Of a stretch of DNA of 17,204 nt, positions 7,203 through 15,242 are shown in pieces. The stretch is taken from assembly GCA_031459535.1 (NCBI GenBank), contig JAVKIJ010000071.1:1-17204 (forward strand). Direction: 5' to 3'. The DNA is from Candidatus Fervidifonticultor quintus (GTDB taxonomy: Bacteria > Sysuimicrobiota > Sysuimicrobiia > Sysuimicrobiales > Humicultoraceae). The stretch's first letter is position 1; each line of letters begins with the position of its first letter. The notes under the pieces were generated by a model. It did no database searches and was not told where the DNA came from. It was given only the letters and a program-made list of their open reading frames with translations. The position numbers were made by a program, and so were the translations under genes.

Positions 7203-8527
7203 CGCAGACGCCCGGGGGCGTCACAGCGTCCTGCGTTCTGGCCGAGCGCATCGCCGCCGGGACGGCGGTGGTAGGCGTCATTGGCCTGGGGTACGTGGGC
7301 CTGCCACTGGCCCTGGCGTACGCCCGTCGGGGCTTCCCGGTGCGGGGGTACGACACCGATCCCGACAAGATCGCGGCGCTGGCCGCGGGCCGCTCCTACC
7401 TGCGCGACGTATCGGCTGACGCCGTCCGGGCCGAAGTGGCAGCCGGTCGGTTCGCCCTGGGCGCCGACCCGGCCGTCCTCGGCGAATGCGACGCCGTCTT
7501 CATCTGCGTGCCCACGCCCTTCACCCACCAGAAAGAGCCCGATGTGCGGCACATCGCCGACGCGGCGCGCGACGTCGCCCACTGGGGCCGGTCCGGGCAG
7601 CTGGTCGTGCTGCGCAGCACCAGTTATCCCGGCACGACCGAAGAGGTCGTGCGGCCGGCACTCGAGGCGGCAGGGCGCGTGGTCGGCCGCGACGTCTTCC
7701 TGGCGTTTGCGCCCGAGCGGATCGACCCGGGCAACACCCGCTACGGCGTGGAGGACGTGCCTGTGGTCGTGGGCGGGTGCGATCCCGAGAGCACGCGTCT
7801 GGCGACCGCGCTGGTGGGGCTCCTGGGGGCCCCGGTGGTGCCGGTCTCGTCGCCGGCGGCCGCCGAGATGGCCAAACTACTGGAGAACGTTTTCCGCAAC
7901 GTGAACATCGCCCTGGTCAACCAGGTGGCGCAACTGTGCGAGCGCATGGGGCTCGACGTCTGGGAGATCATTGACGCCGCGGCCACCAAGCCCTACGGGT
8001 TCCTGCCGTTCCGCCCGGGGCTGGTTGGCGGGCACTGCATCCCCGTCGACCCCTACTACCTGGCGTGGAAGGCCCGCGAGCACGACTTCCACATGGACTT
8101 CATCGAACTGGCCGCGCGGGTCAACGAGGAGATGCCGTTCTACGTGGTCAACCGGCTGCTGGCGGCGCTGCACGACAACGGGAGCACCGGTCGCGAGCGG
8201 GTGCTGATTTTGGGTGTGGCCTTCAAGCGGGATGTCGACGACGCGCGTTACTCACCGGCACTGCGGGTCGTCGAGTTGCTGCAGCGCCGCCGCATGGACG
8301 TCGTCTACCACGATCCCTATGTTCCCGAGGTCGAGGTGCGCGGCGTCCGTCTGGTCAGTCAGCCGCTCACCGACGCGCTGGTGGCCGGAGCCGACTGTGT
8401 GCTGATCCTCACCGACCACTCCTGCGTGGACTACGCGGCGGTGGTGCGGGCGGCGCGGCTCGTGTTCGACGTGCGCAACGCCACCGCGGCGGTCCGCGAG
8501 GGGCGCGAGAAGATCGTGCGCCTGTAG
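7196..8527 (+). CDS. Nucleotide-sugar (UDP-N-acetylhexosamine) 6-dehydrogenase, WbpA/WbpO/TviB family
   Basis: GLGYVGLP, ICVPTP, STSYPGTTEE, PERIDPGN, AKLLENVFRNVNIALVN and catalytic GGHCIPVDP motifs. Confidence 0.93.
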   Translation: MVAQTPGGVTASCVLAERIAAGTAVVGVIGLGYVGLPLALAYARRGFPVRGYDTDPDKIAALAAGRSYLRDVSADAVRAEVAAGRFALGADPAVLGECDAVFICVPTPFTHQKEPDVRHIADAARDVAHWGRSGQLVVLRSTSYPGTTEEVVRPALEAAGRVVGRDVFLAFAPERIDPGNTRYGVEDVPVVVGGCDPESTRLATALVGLLGAPVVPVSSPAAAEMAKLLENVFRNVNIALVNQVAQLCERMGLDVWEIIDAAATKPYGFLPFRPGLVGGHCIPVDPYYLAWKAREHDFHMDFIELAARVNEEMPFYVVNRLLAALHDNGSTGRERVLILGVAFKRDVDDARYSPALRVVELLQRRRMDVVYHDPYVPEVEVRGVRLVSQPLTDALVAGADCVLILTDHSCVDYAAVVRAARLVFDVRNATAAVREGREKIVRL

Positions 8528-8570
8528 CGTCGGCCGCTCATCGCACCCCCGCACTGAGGTTTCCCCGTCC

Positions 8571-10361
8571 ATGCCACCTGTCTTTGTCGCGGCGGGCATC
8601 GCCTTCGTTCTCTCTGTGGCCCTGACGGCCCTCGCGCGCCACGCCGCCTGGCGCCTGGGTGTCCTGGATGTCCCGCGGGAGGACCGGTGGCACCGCCGGC
8701 CGGTCCCCCGGGTGGGTGGTGTCGCCATGTATATGGCGTTCTTCGTCACGATGGCGGCCTGCCTGCGCCCACCGCTGGACGGTCCGGTGCTGGGGACGCT
8801 GGCCGGCGCAACTGCCATCTTCCTGGTCGGGCTGACCGACGACCTGCGGCAGTTGGAAAACCGCCCGAAACTGGTGCTGCTGATCGCAGCGGCCAGCGTG
8901 CCCGTGCTGTTCGGCGTCCGGTTCGCGGCCCTGCCGGCAGTGGTGTCGGTGCCGCTCACCGGGCTGTGGGTGCTGGGCGCCGCCAACGCGATGAACTGGC
9001 TGGACAACATGGACGGTCTCGCCGCCGGCGTGGGCGCCCTCGCCGCGGCGACGCTGCTGGGCCTGGCCATGCCGGCCGGCCCGGTCTCCCCGCCGGTCAT
9101 CATGGCGGCGGCGCTGCTGGGGGTGAGCCTGGGCTTTCTGGTGCACAACTTCCCGCCGGCCCGCGTCTTCATGGGCGACGCGGGCAGTGGCTTTCTCGGA
9201 CTGACCTTGGCGGCGGTCGCGACCCTGGGCTCCTCCCAGAACGTGGCGCACGTCCTGGCCTCGCTGCTGGCGCCGGGGCTCGTGCTCGCGGTACCCATCT
9301 TCGACTCGCTGATGGTGACCTGGCAGCGCGTCGTCCACCGGCGCCCGATCTTCCAGGGCGGCCGCGACCACCCGTCCCACCGTCTGGTGCGGATGGGGCT
9401 GTCGGAACGGCGGGCCGTGGTGCTGCTCTATGCGCTGAGCGCGCTGTCCGGGGCCGCGGCCGTGGCGGCGGCGCGGCTGGGGATCGCAGCCGGACTGGTC
9501 GTGGCCGCCGTGGTCGCCCTGGGGTTCGCGGCGGTGGGCGCGGTCCTGGCGGAGGTGCGGGTGTACGAGGATGCGCCGTCGGGGGCGACCGCAACGCCGG
9601 GAACGCGGCTACCGCCGGCGGTGACCAACAAGCGCTGGCTCGTCTCGATGGCGCTCGACCTCGTGTTGCTCCAGGGCGCGTTCGTCAGCGCGCACCTGCT
9701 GCGGTTCGAAGGTGAGCTCCCGGCGCAGGTCGCGGATCGGGTGACCGACGTGCTCCCTGCGGTGGCCGCAGTCAAGATAGCGGTGCTGTTCGCGTGGGGT
9801 GTCTACAAGGGGCACTGGCGCTACGCGGGGCTGATAGATCTGATCCGGCTGGCCCAGGCCGCTACGGTGGCGAGCGGGGCGGCCGCCCTCGGGCTGTTCG
9901 TGTGGACGGGCCTGGTCGGGTTGTCACGCGCGGCGCTGGTCATGGACTGGGTGCTGACGGTGGGTTTGCTCGCCTCGGCGCGCGTGAGCCTGCGGGCGGT
10001 GCGCGAGTACCTGCTGGCCGGCCGCCACCAGGGCCGGCGCGCGCTGGTCGCCGGGGCGGGCGCCGGCGGCGCGCGGCTGGTGGCCGCGCTGCGCGACCTG
10101 CCCGATTGGGGATATCTGCCGGTGGGGTTCATCGCCGAGGGAGCTGCCGCGCGTGGGGCGGTGCTCCAGGGACTCCCCGTCATGGGTGACCTGACCGGGC
10201 TCGCCGCTCTGTTGCGCGCGCGGCCGGTGGACGCGGTCATCGTGGTGCCCGAGGACCTCAACGGTGCCGATGAGACGGTGCGCCGGATCTGCGCCGAGGT
10301 GGGCGTGCCGGTGCTCGTCGCGGGTCGTCTCCTGGAGACGCCACCGTCGGTGGATGGTTAG
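8571..10361 (+). CDS. Polyprenyl-phosphate HexNAc-1-phosphate transferase (WecA/TagO/MraY family) fused to a CapD/WbpM-like membrane and Rossmann-like region
   Basis: Residues about 1-330: HRRPVPRVGG, GLTDD, NAMNWLDNMDGL, HNFPPARVFMGDAGS, DHPSHRL. Residues about 355-596: LLRFE, GVYKGHWRYAGLIDL, RALVAGAGAGG, PVGFIAE. Confidence 0.88.
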   Translation: MPPVFVAAGIAFVLSVALTALARHAAWRLGVLDVPREDRWHRRPVPRVGGVAMYMAFFVTMAACLRPPLDGPVLGTLAGATAIFLVGLTDDLRQLENRPKLVLLIAAASVPVLFGVRFAALPAVVSVPLTGLWVLGAANAMNWLDNMDGLAAGVGALAAATLLGLAMPAGPVSPPVIMAAALLGVSLGFLVHNFPPARVFMGDAGSGFLGLTLAAVATLGSSQNVAHVLASLLAPGLVLAVPIFDSLMVTWQRVVHRRPIFQGGRDHPSHRLVRMGLSERRAVVLLYALSALSGAAAVAAARLGIAAGLVVAAVVALGFAAVGAVLAEVRVYEDAPSGATATPGTRLPPAVTNKRWLVSMALDLVLLQGAFVSAHLLRFEGELPAQVADRVTDVLPAVAAVKIAVLFAWGVYKGHWRYAGLIDLIRLAQAATVASGAAALGLFVWTGLVGLSRAALVMDWVLTVGLLASARVSLRAVREYLLAGRHQGRRALVAGAGAGGARLVAALRDLPDWGYLPVGFIAEGAAARGAVLQGLPVMGDLTGLAALLRARPVDAVIVVPEDLNGADETVRRICAEVGVPVLVAGRLLETPPSVDG

Positions 10362-10368
10362 AGCGGGC

Positions 10369-10417
10369 CCACCGCCGCGCAGATCCCGCATGCACGGCCG
10401 GCGGTGGACGATATAAT
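10369..10417 (+). promoter_or_regulatory. Inverted repeat followed by a perfect -10 box upstream of the coiled-coil gene
   Basis: CCACCGCCG (10369-10377) and CGGCGGTGG (10399-10407) form the repeat. TATAAT at 10412-10417 lies 14 bp before ATG 10432, with no Shine-Dalgarno sequence. Confidence 0.55.
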
Positions 10418-10431
10418 GATGTGAAAGTCCC

Positions 10432-11280
10432 ATGGCGCTGGATCGGCGGGTAGACCGCCTCGAGCAGTTGATGGAGCGCATCGAGGCCGCAGTCGCGCGG
10501 CTGGCCGAGGCCCAGGTGCGGGCCGAAGAGCGGCTTGCGCGGGTCGAAGAACGGCTGGACCGAGTCGAAGAGCGCGTGGGGCGGCTCGAGGCGGCGGTCG
10601 CGCACCTGGCCGAAGCCCAGGCCCGCACCGAAGAGCGGCTGGCCCGTCTCGAAGATGCGGTGGCCCGTCTGGCCGAGGCCCAGGCCCGCACCGAAGAGCG
10701 GCTGGCCCGTCTCGAAGATGCGGTGGCCCGTCTGGCCGAGGCCCAGGCCCGCACCGACGAACGACTTGCCCGTCTGGCCGAAACCCAGGTGCGCACCGAA
10801 GCGCGGCTGGCCCGCACGGACGCCCGACTGGCAGGTCTGCGGGGCAATGACCTCGAGCGGCGGTACGCCGAAAACGCGCCTGCCTACTTCCAGCGCCTGC
10901 TCCGCCAGCTGCGCCTCGTGCCGAAGGAAGAACTCGGCCGGCTGGCCGAGGGCGCCGAAGACCGAGGGGTGCTCTCGGCGTCCGAACGCGAACTGCTGCT
11001 CTGGACCGATGTGGTCGCCTTCGGGCGCTGGCGGGACACCGGGGATGAGACCTATCTGGCCGTCGAGGTGTCCGCGACCGTGGACACCGAAGACATCGAG
11101 CGGGCCGCGGATCGGGCGCGTCTGTTGCAGCGTGTCACGGGGCTACGGGCGGTCGCCGCCGCGGCCGGAGAGGACATCACCCCCGAGGCCGAGCGGCAGG
11201 CCGCCCGTCTCGGGGTGTGGCGGGTGCTGAACGGCCGGACCTATGCGCCCAACGAGGCGCCGCCGGGCAAGTCAGCCTGA
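10432..11280 (+). CDS. Heptad-repeat coiled-coil protein with a C-terminal PD-(D/E)xK-like domain
   Basis: Repeated LAEAQARTEERLARLEDAVAR. The C-terminus has WTDVVAFG...YLAVEVS...EDIERAADRA. Confidence 0.8.
   Translation: MALDRRVDRLEQLMERIEAAVARLAEAQVRAEERLARVEERLDRVEERVGRLEAAVAHLAEAQARTEERLARLEDAVARLAEAQARTEERLARLEDAVARLAEAQARTDERLARLAETQVRTEARLARTDARLAGLRGNDLERRYAENAPAYFQRLLRQLRLVPKEELGRLAEGAEDRGVLSASERELLLWTDVVAFGRWRDTGDETYLAVEVSATVDTEDIERAADRARLLQRVTGLRAVAAAAGEDITPEAERQAARLGVWRVLNGRTYAPNEAPPGKSA
10606..10757 (+). repeat. 63-bp in-frame tandem repeat (about 2.4 copies)
   Basis: Units start at 10606, 10669 and 10732. The 63-bp periodicity is exact over 10615-10757. Confidence 0.95.
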
Positions 11281-11322
11281 TAGCCGGCCTCTGCGCCCCG
11301 GACGTTCCTGGGCCTGCGGGGG

Positions 11323-12234
11323 TCACATCCGCACGATGCCCCGGGGATCCAAAACGTCGCGGATCCCGTCGCCGAGCAGGTTGAACCCCAGCACCAGGGA
11401 CATGATCGCCAGCCCGGGAAACGTTGAGACCCACCAGCGGCCGGTGATCAACTGGTTGCGGCCTTCGTTGATCATGGCGCCCCACTCCGGGGTCGGCGGC
11501 TGGGCGCCCAGGCCGATGAAGCTCAGGCTAGCGGCCAGCAGCACGGTGAAGCCCATCCCCAGCGTCGCCCGGACCACCACCGGCGAGATCACGTTGGGGA
11601 AGACGTGCCGCGCCAGGATCTTCAGGTCCGACGCTCCCAGCGCCCGCGCGGCCTCCACGTAGACTTCCTCCCGCACCGACAACGTCGAAGCGCGGGCGAT
11701 CCGCGCGTAGCCGGCCACACCGACGACGGCCAGCGCCAGGATCGCCTTTTCCAGCCCCGGCCCCAGCACAGACGCCAGGGCCATGGCGAGCACCAGGCCG
11801 GGAAACGCGATGATGATGTCCATGCCGCGCATGATGACGTCGTCGAGGCGACCGCCGAGGTAGCCGGCCACGATCCCCAGGGGCGCGCCGACCCCCGACG
11901 CCACCCCCACGGCAAACAGCGCGATCAACAGGTCGTAGCGCGCACCGTAGATGATGCGGCTGAGGATGTCCCGGCCGTAGAAGTCGGTCCCCAGCCAGTG
12001 GCCGGAGGCCGGCGGCACCATCCGGGCGTCCAGCCGGACCTCGACCGGGTCGAAGGGCGCCAGTGCCGGCGCGAGCAGCCCGACGACGATCCATACCAGC
12101 AAAATGGCCAGGCCGATTAGCGACAGCCGGTTGCGCCGGAAACGGCGTGCCAGCAACCGGCCCACCGCCACCGGCGGCTGCTGCGCCGGGGCAGCCTCGC
12201 TACTGGTACCGGATTCTCGGGTCGAGGATCGCAT
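11323..12234 (-). CDS. Peptide/nickel ABC transporter permease (DppC/OppC family)
   Basis: HWLGTDFYGRDILSRIIYG, YVEAARALGAS and PEWGAMI motifs. Start uncertain. Confidence 0.93.
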   Translation of the reverse strand: MRSSTRESGTSSEAAPAQQPPVAVGRLLARRFRRNRLSLIGLAILLVWIVVGLLAPALAPFDPVEVRLDARMVPPASGHWLGTDFYGRDILSRIIYGARYDLLIALFAVGVASGVGAPLGIVAGYLGGRLDDVIMRGMDIIIAFPGLVLAMALASVLGPGLEKAILALAVVGVAGYARIARASTLSVREEVYVEAARALGASDLKILARHVFPNVISPVVVRATLGMGFTVLLAASLSFIGLGAQPPTPEWGAMINEGRNQLITGRWWVSTFPGLAIMSLVLGFNLLGDGIRDVLDPRGIVRM

Positions 12235-13225
12235 AGGTCAGGTCCACTAGGAAGTTCACCGAGACGAACGCGGTGGCAATCAGCACCGTGGCGCCCAGCA
12301 CCGGCGCGTAGTCCAGCCACTGGATGGACTCGACGAAGTACAGGCCCACGCCCGGCCAGGCGAAGACCGTTTCAATGAGAACGTTCCCGCCGAACAGGCT
12401 GCCGAACTGGATGCCCAGGACCGTCACCGTGGGGATCAGGGCGTTGCGCAGCGCGTGGATGTAGAAGACCGCGCGTGAGGGCAGGCCCTTGGCCCACGCG
12501 GTCCTGATGTAGTCCTGGTTGAGGATCTCCACCATGCTCGACCGGAGCAGGCGGACCACCAGCCCCACCGAGGCCAGCGCCAGCGTGAAGGCCGGGGGCA
12601 GCAGGTGCCACAGCGCCCGCAGGAAGAGGGCGCTGTCTGCGGCCAGCAGGCTGTCCACCAGGTGCAAGCCGGTCACCGTAGGCGGGCCAGCCTCGCCCAT
12701 CCCCAGCCGACCGGTGGGCGTCGGCAGCACCCCCAGCTGGTAGTAGCCGATGTACACGAGGATCAGCCCGAACCAGAAGCTCGGCATCGAGAGGAAGAGC
12801 AGCGAGCTCAGGCGGCTGGCGTGGTCGGTGAGGGTGTTGGCCCTCGCCCCGGAGAGCACGCCCAGGGGGATGCCGAGCACCAGCGTGATCAGGAAGCTCA
12901 GCGCCCCCAGTTCCACCGTCGCGGGCAGGTAGCGCGCCAGGTCCCAGGCGACCGGCCGCCCACTGCGGATCGAGACGCCCAGCTCGCCTCTCGCCAGGTT
13001 CTTCAGGTAGTGCAGGTACTGGACGTGCAGCGGCCGGTCCAGCCCCCACTGTCGGCGCAGGGCGGCGATGATCTTGGGGTCGGTCGCGCCTTCTCCCAGC
13101 AGCAGCCGCACCGGGTCGCCGGGGACGAGGTGCATGAGGGCGAACGTCACCACGGTGATGCCGATCAGGACGAGCGGGAGTGAGAGGAGCCGTCTGGCGA
13201 CGAACCGCAGCAGCGAGGTCGACAC
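12200..13225 (-). CDS. Peptide/nickel ABC transporter permease (DppB/OppB family)
   Basis: PGDP, GLDRPLHVQY, PATVEL, DYIRTAWAKGL and ETVFAWPGVG motifs. Confidence 0.94.
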   Translation of the reverse strand: MSTSLLRFVARRLLSLPLVLIGITVVTFALMHLVPGDPVRLLLGEGATDPKIIAALRRQWGLDRPLHVQYLHYLKNLARGELGVSIRSGRPVAWDLARYLPATVELGALSFLITLVLGIPLGVLSGARANTLTDHASRLSSLLFLSMPSFWFGLILVYIGYYQLGVLPTPTGRLGMGEAGPPTVTGLHLVDSLLAADSALFLRALWHLLPPAFTLALASVGLVVRLLRSSMVEILNQDYIRTAWAKGLPSRAVFYIHALRNALIPTVTVLGIQFGSLFGGNVLIETVFAWPGVGLYFVESIQWLDYAPVLGATVLIATAFVSVNFLVDLTYAILDPRIRYQ

Positions 13226-13235
13226 AGCAGGTCAG

Positions 13236-13263
13236 GCGGGGCCGGGTCGCAACCCGGCCCCGC
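13236..13263 (-). terminator. Perfect 12-bp intergenic hairpin after the substrate-binding protein gene (attenuator or mRNA stabiliser)
   Basis: GCGGGGCCGGGT-4 nt loop-ACCCGGCCCCGC between the SBP stop and the permease start. No U-tract. Confidence 0.7.
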
Positions 13264-13278
13264 GGCGTCTGTGGCGCG

Positions 13279-14874
13279 TCAGGGTGCCTTCTGGACGGGG
13301 TAGAAGTACCAGTTGCCCGAGGGATACAGCACCCAGCCCTTCACCCACTTGCGCTGGGCGTAGAACAGCATGGAGTTGTAGATCCAGGCGCTGGGCGCGT
13401 CGTCGATGACCAGCTTCTGGATGGCGTGGATGATCTCGATCCGCCGGGCCGGCTCCATGGTGACCAGCAGCTGGTTGATCAGCCGATCCACCTCGGGGTT
13501 GGTGTAGAACGCGTAGTTGCCCCGCGCACCGTGGTTCTTGGAGTGGAAGGTGCTCAACAGATAGTCCTCCACGATGGGCAGCGAGAGGCCCGAGAGCGCG
13601 AACATGGGCAGCTTGCCATCCTGGTAGCTGGTGACGAATGTCGGCCAGGGAATGCTGCGGATTTCGGCTTCGACACCGATCTTCCGCAACTGGGCCTGGG
13701 CGGCGATGGCGGTCTGTTCCCGTTCGGTGTTGCCTGCGTTGTAGTACAGCTCGGTCTTGAAGCCGTCGGCGTAACCGGCCTCGGCCAGCAGGCTCTTGGC
13801 CCTGGCCGGGTCGATCTTGTAGGGCCAGTACTTGTCGGTCCAGCCCTCCAGAGCGGTGGGAATGGCACTCTTGGCCACCGTGGCGTAGCCGAACGCGGCC
13901 GCCCGGTTGATGGCGTAGGGGTCGATCGCGTAGAGCACGGCCTGCCGCACCTTCTTGTTGTCGAACGGCTTCATCCGGTTGTTCATCCAGATCTGGTGCA
14001 TGCCGACCGCGTTCTCACGGTTGATGGTGATGTCGGGGTTGCCGATCAGTTGCTGGGTCATGTCAGGCGGCAGCCGGTAGACGATGTCCAGCTCGCCGCG
14101 CAGCAGCAGCAACAGCTGGGTGGACATGTCGCGGATGATACGGAACGTGATGCGGCGCAGCTTCGGCGGGCCCTGCCAGTAGTCGGGATTCGCCACCAAC
14201 TCGAACGACTCACCGGCCTTCCAGACACCCCACTTGAACGGCCCGGTGCCGTCCACGTTCTTGGACATCCACTCGTTGTGCTTGCCGGGCGTGATCCCGC
14301 CCTGGGCCTCGACCGTCCTGGGGTTTACGATGGCCCCGGTGTTGGTCGCCGCCAGGAGCTGCAGGAAGAACGGCGCGGCCTTCTTGAGCCTGATGCGCAC
14401 CGTGTAGCGGTCGGCCACCTGGGTGCTGTTGGTGTCGATGAACTCGCTGATCAGGCGCGACGGCCCGAGCGCGATGGTCAGCATCCGATTGATGGAGTAC
14501 CGGACGGTTTCGGCCGTCACCTCGTCACCCGAGTGGAACTTCACACCGCGGCGCAGCTTGAAGGTGTAGGTCTTGCCGTCCGGGCTGGTCTCCACCGACT
14601 CGGCCAGGAGGGGTTGCACCTCCGAGGTGCCGACCAGCTTGCCCCGGACCTCCTTGGCCTTGTAGCGGACCAGAGTCTCGTACGTATTGTCCAGCATCCA
14701 CATGGAGCCCCAGTCGGTGATCGCGTGCGGGTCGAGGTTGACCGGCTCCCAGTACACGCCGTAGAAGAGGGTCTCGGGGCTGGGGATCCGGGGTTGCGCC
14801 CCGGCAAGGCCCCCACCGGCGGCCAGGATGCCCACTACGATCAGCACGATCCACCGCGGGCAGCGCCGCTTCAT
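13279..14874 (-). CDS. ABC transporter substrate-binding protein, family 5 (DppA/OppA-like)
   Basis: GAGGAGG RBS 7 nt before ATG 14874. Signal peptide MKRR...AGAQ. Motifs LDPH, YETLV, PLLAES, YTFKLRRGVKFHSG, GTGPF and VRQA. Confidence 0.95.
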   Translation of the reverse strand: MKRRCPRWIVLIVVGILAAGGGLAGAQPRIPSPETLFYGVYWEPVNLDPHAITDWGSMWMLDNTYETLVRYKAKEVRGKLVGTSEVQPLLAESVETSPDGKTYTFKLRRGVKFHSGDEVTAETVRYSINRMLTIALGPSRLISEFIDTNSTQVADRYTVRIRLKKAAPFFLQLLAATNTGAIVNPRTVEAQGGITPGKHNEWMSKNVDGTGPFKWGVWKAGESFELVANPDYWQGPPKLRRITFRIIRDMSTQLLLLLRGELDIVYRLPPDMTQQLIGNPDITINRENAVGMHQIWMNNRMKPFDNKKVRQAVLYAIDPYAINRAAAFGYATVAKSAIPTALEGWTDKYWPYKIDPARAKSLLAEAGYADGFKTELYYNAGNTEREQTAIAAQAQLRKIGVEAEIRSIPWPTFVTSYQDGKLPMFALSGLSLPIVEDYLLSTFHSKNHGARGNYAFYTNPEVDRLINQLLVTMEPARRIEIIHAIQKLVIDDAPSAWIYNSMLFYAQRKWVKGWVLYPSGNWYFYPVQKAP

Positions 14875-15026
14875 GCTCACACCTCCTCGCACTGGTTGGG
14901 GGTACACTTCGGGCTGGCACCGCGTGCGCCCTGCTCCAGAATACATCCTCCGACCGATAGCCGGCCGACGGCAGGCGTCCTACGATGCACAGGGCCGTAT
15001 ACGCCGCCCGGTAGGGGGGAGGTCTG

Positions 15027-15224
15027 GTGATCGCCCACGTGGTCTGCGCGTGCGGGTTCTCGCTGGGCATCCTGGACGTGCGGATCGTCCCCGCCGCCTG
15101 TCCCGTCTGCGGCGGACGGCTCTCTATGGTCTGTCCGTCCTGCGGCGCCCCGCTCGCCGACCCCTCGGGCCAGTGCACCGCCTGCGGTGGGGCCAACCCC
15201 CTCGCTCGTACGGCCGAACGCTGA
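15027..15224 (+). CDS. Small double zinc-ribbon protein
   Basis: 65 aa with CAC, CPVC, CPSC and CTAC. Strong GGGGGAGGT RBS. Ends 18 bp before the amidohydrolase. Confidence 0.75.
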   Translation: MIAHVVCACGFSLGILDVRIVPAACPVCGGRLSMVCPSCGAPLADPSGQCTACGGANPLARTAER

Positions 15225-15242
15225 CACACCCGGTTCCTCCCC

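Noticed and set aside
10606..10757. Tandem repeat considered as a CRISPR array
   Set aside because: The units are contiguous in-frame 63-mers with no unique spacers, and no cas genes are present.
9924..10847. Minus-strand ORF with RRASRSSVRAWASA repeats
   Set aside because: It is the antisense reading of the coiled-coil repeat gene.
14900..14990. Candidate -10 boxes (TACACT 14903, TACGAT 14981, minus-strand TATTCT 14943) in the divergent region
   Set aside because: Promoters are likely here, but the -35 support is weak and I cannot choose between the candidates.
13180..15030. 616-aa plus-strand ORF
   Set aside because: It is the antisense shadow of the SBP gene. Such stop-free frames are expected in high-GC coding DNA, and it has no recognisable motifs.
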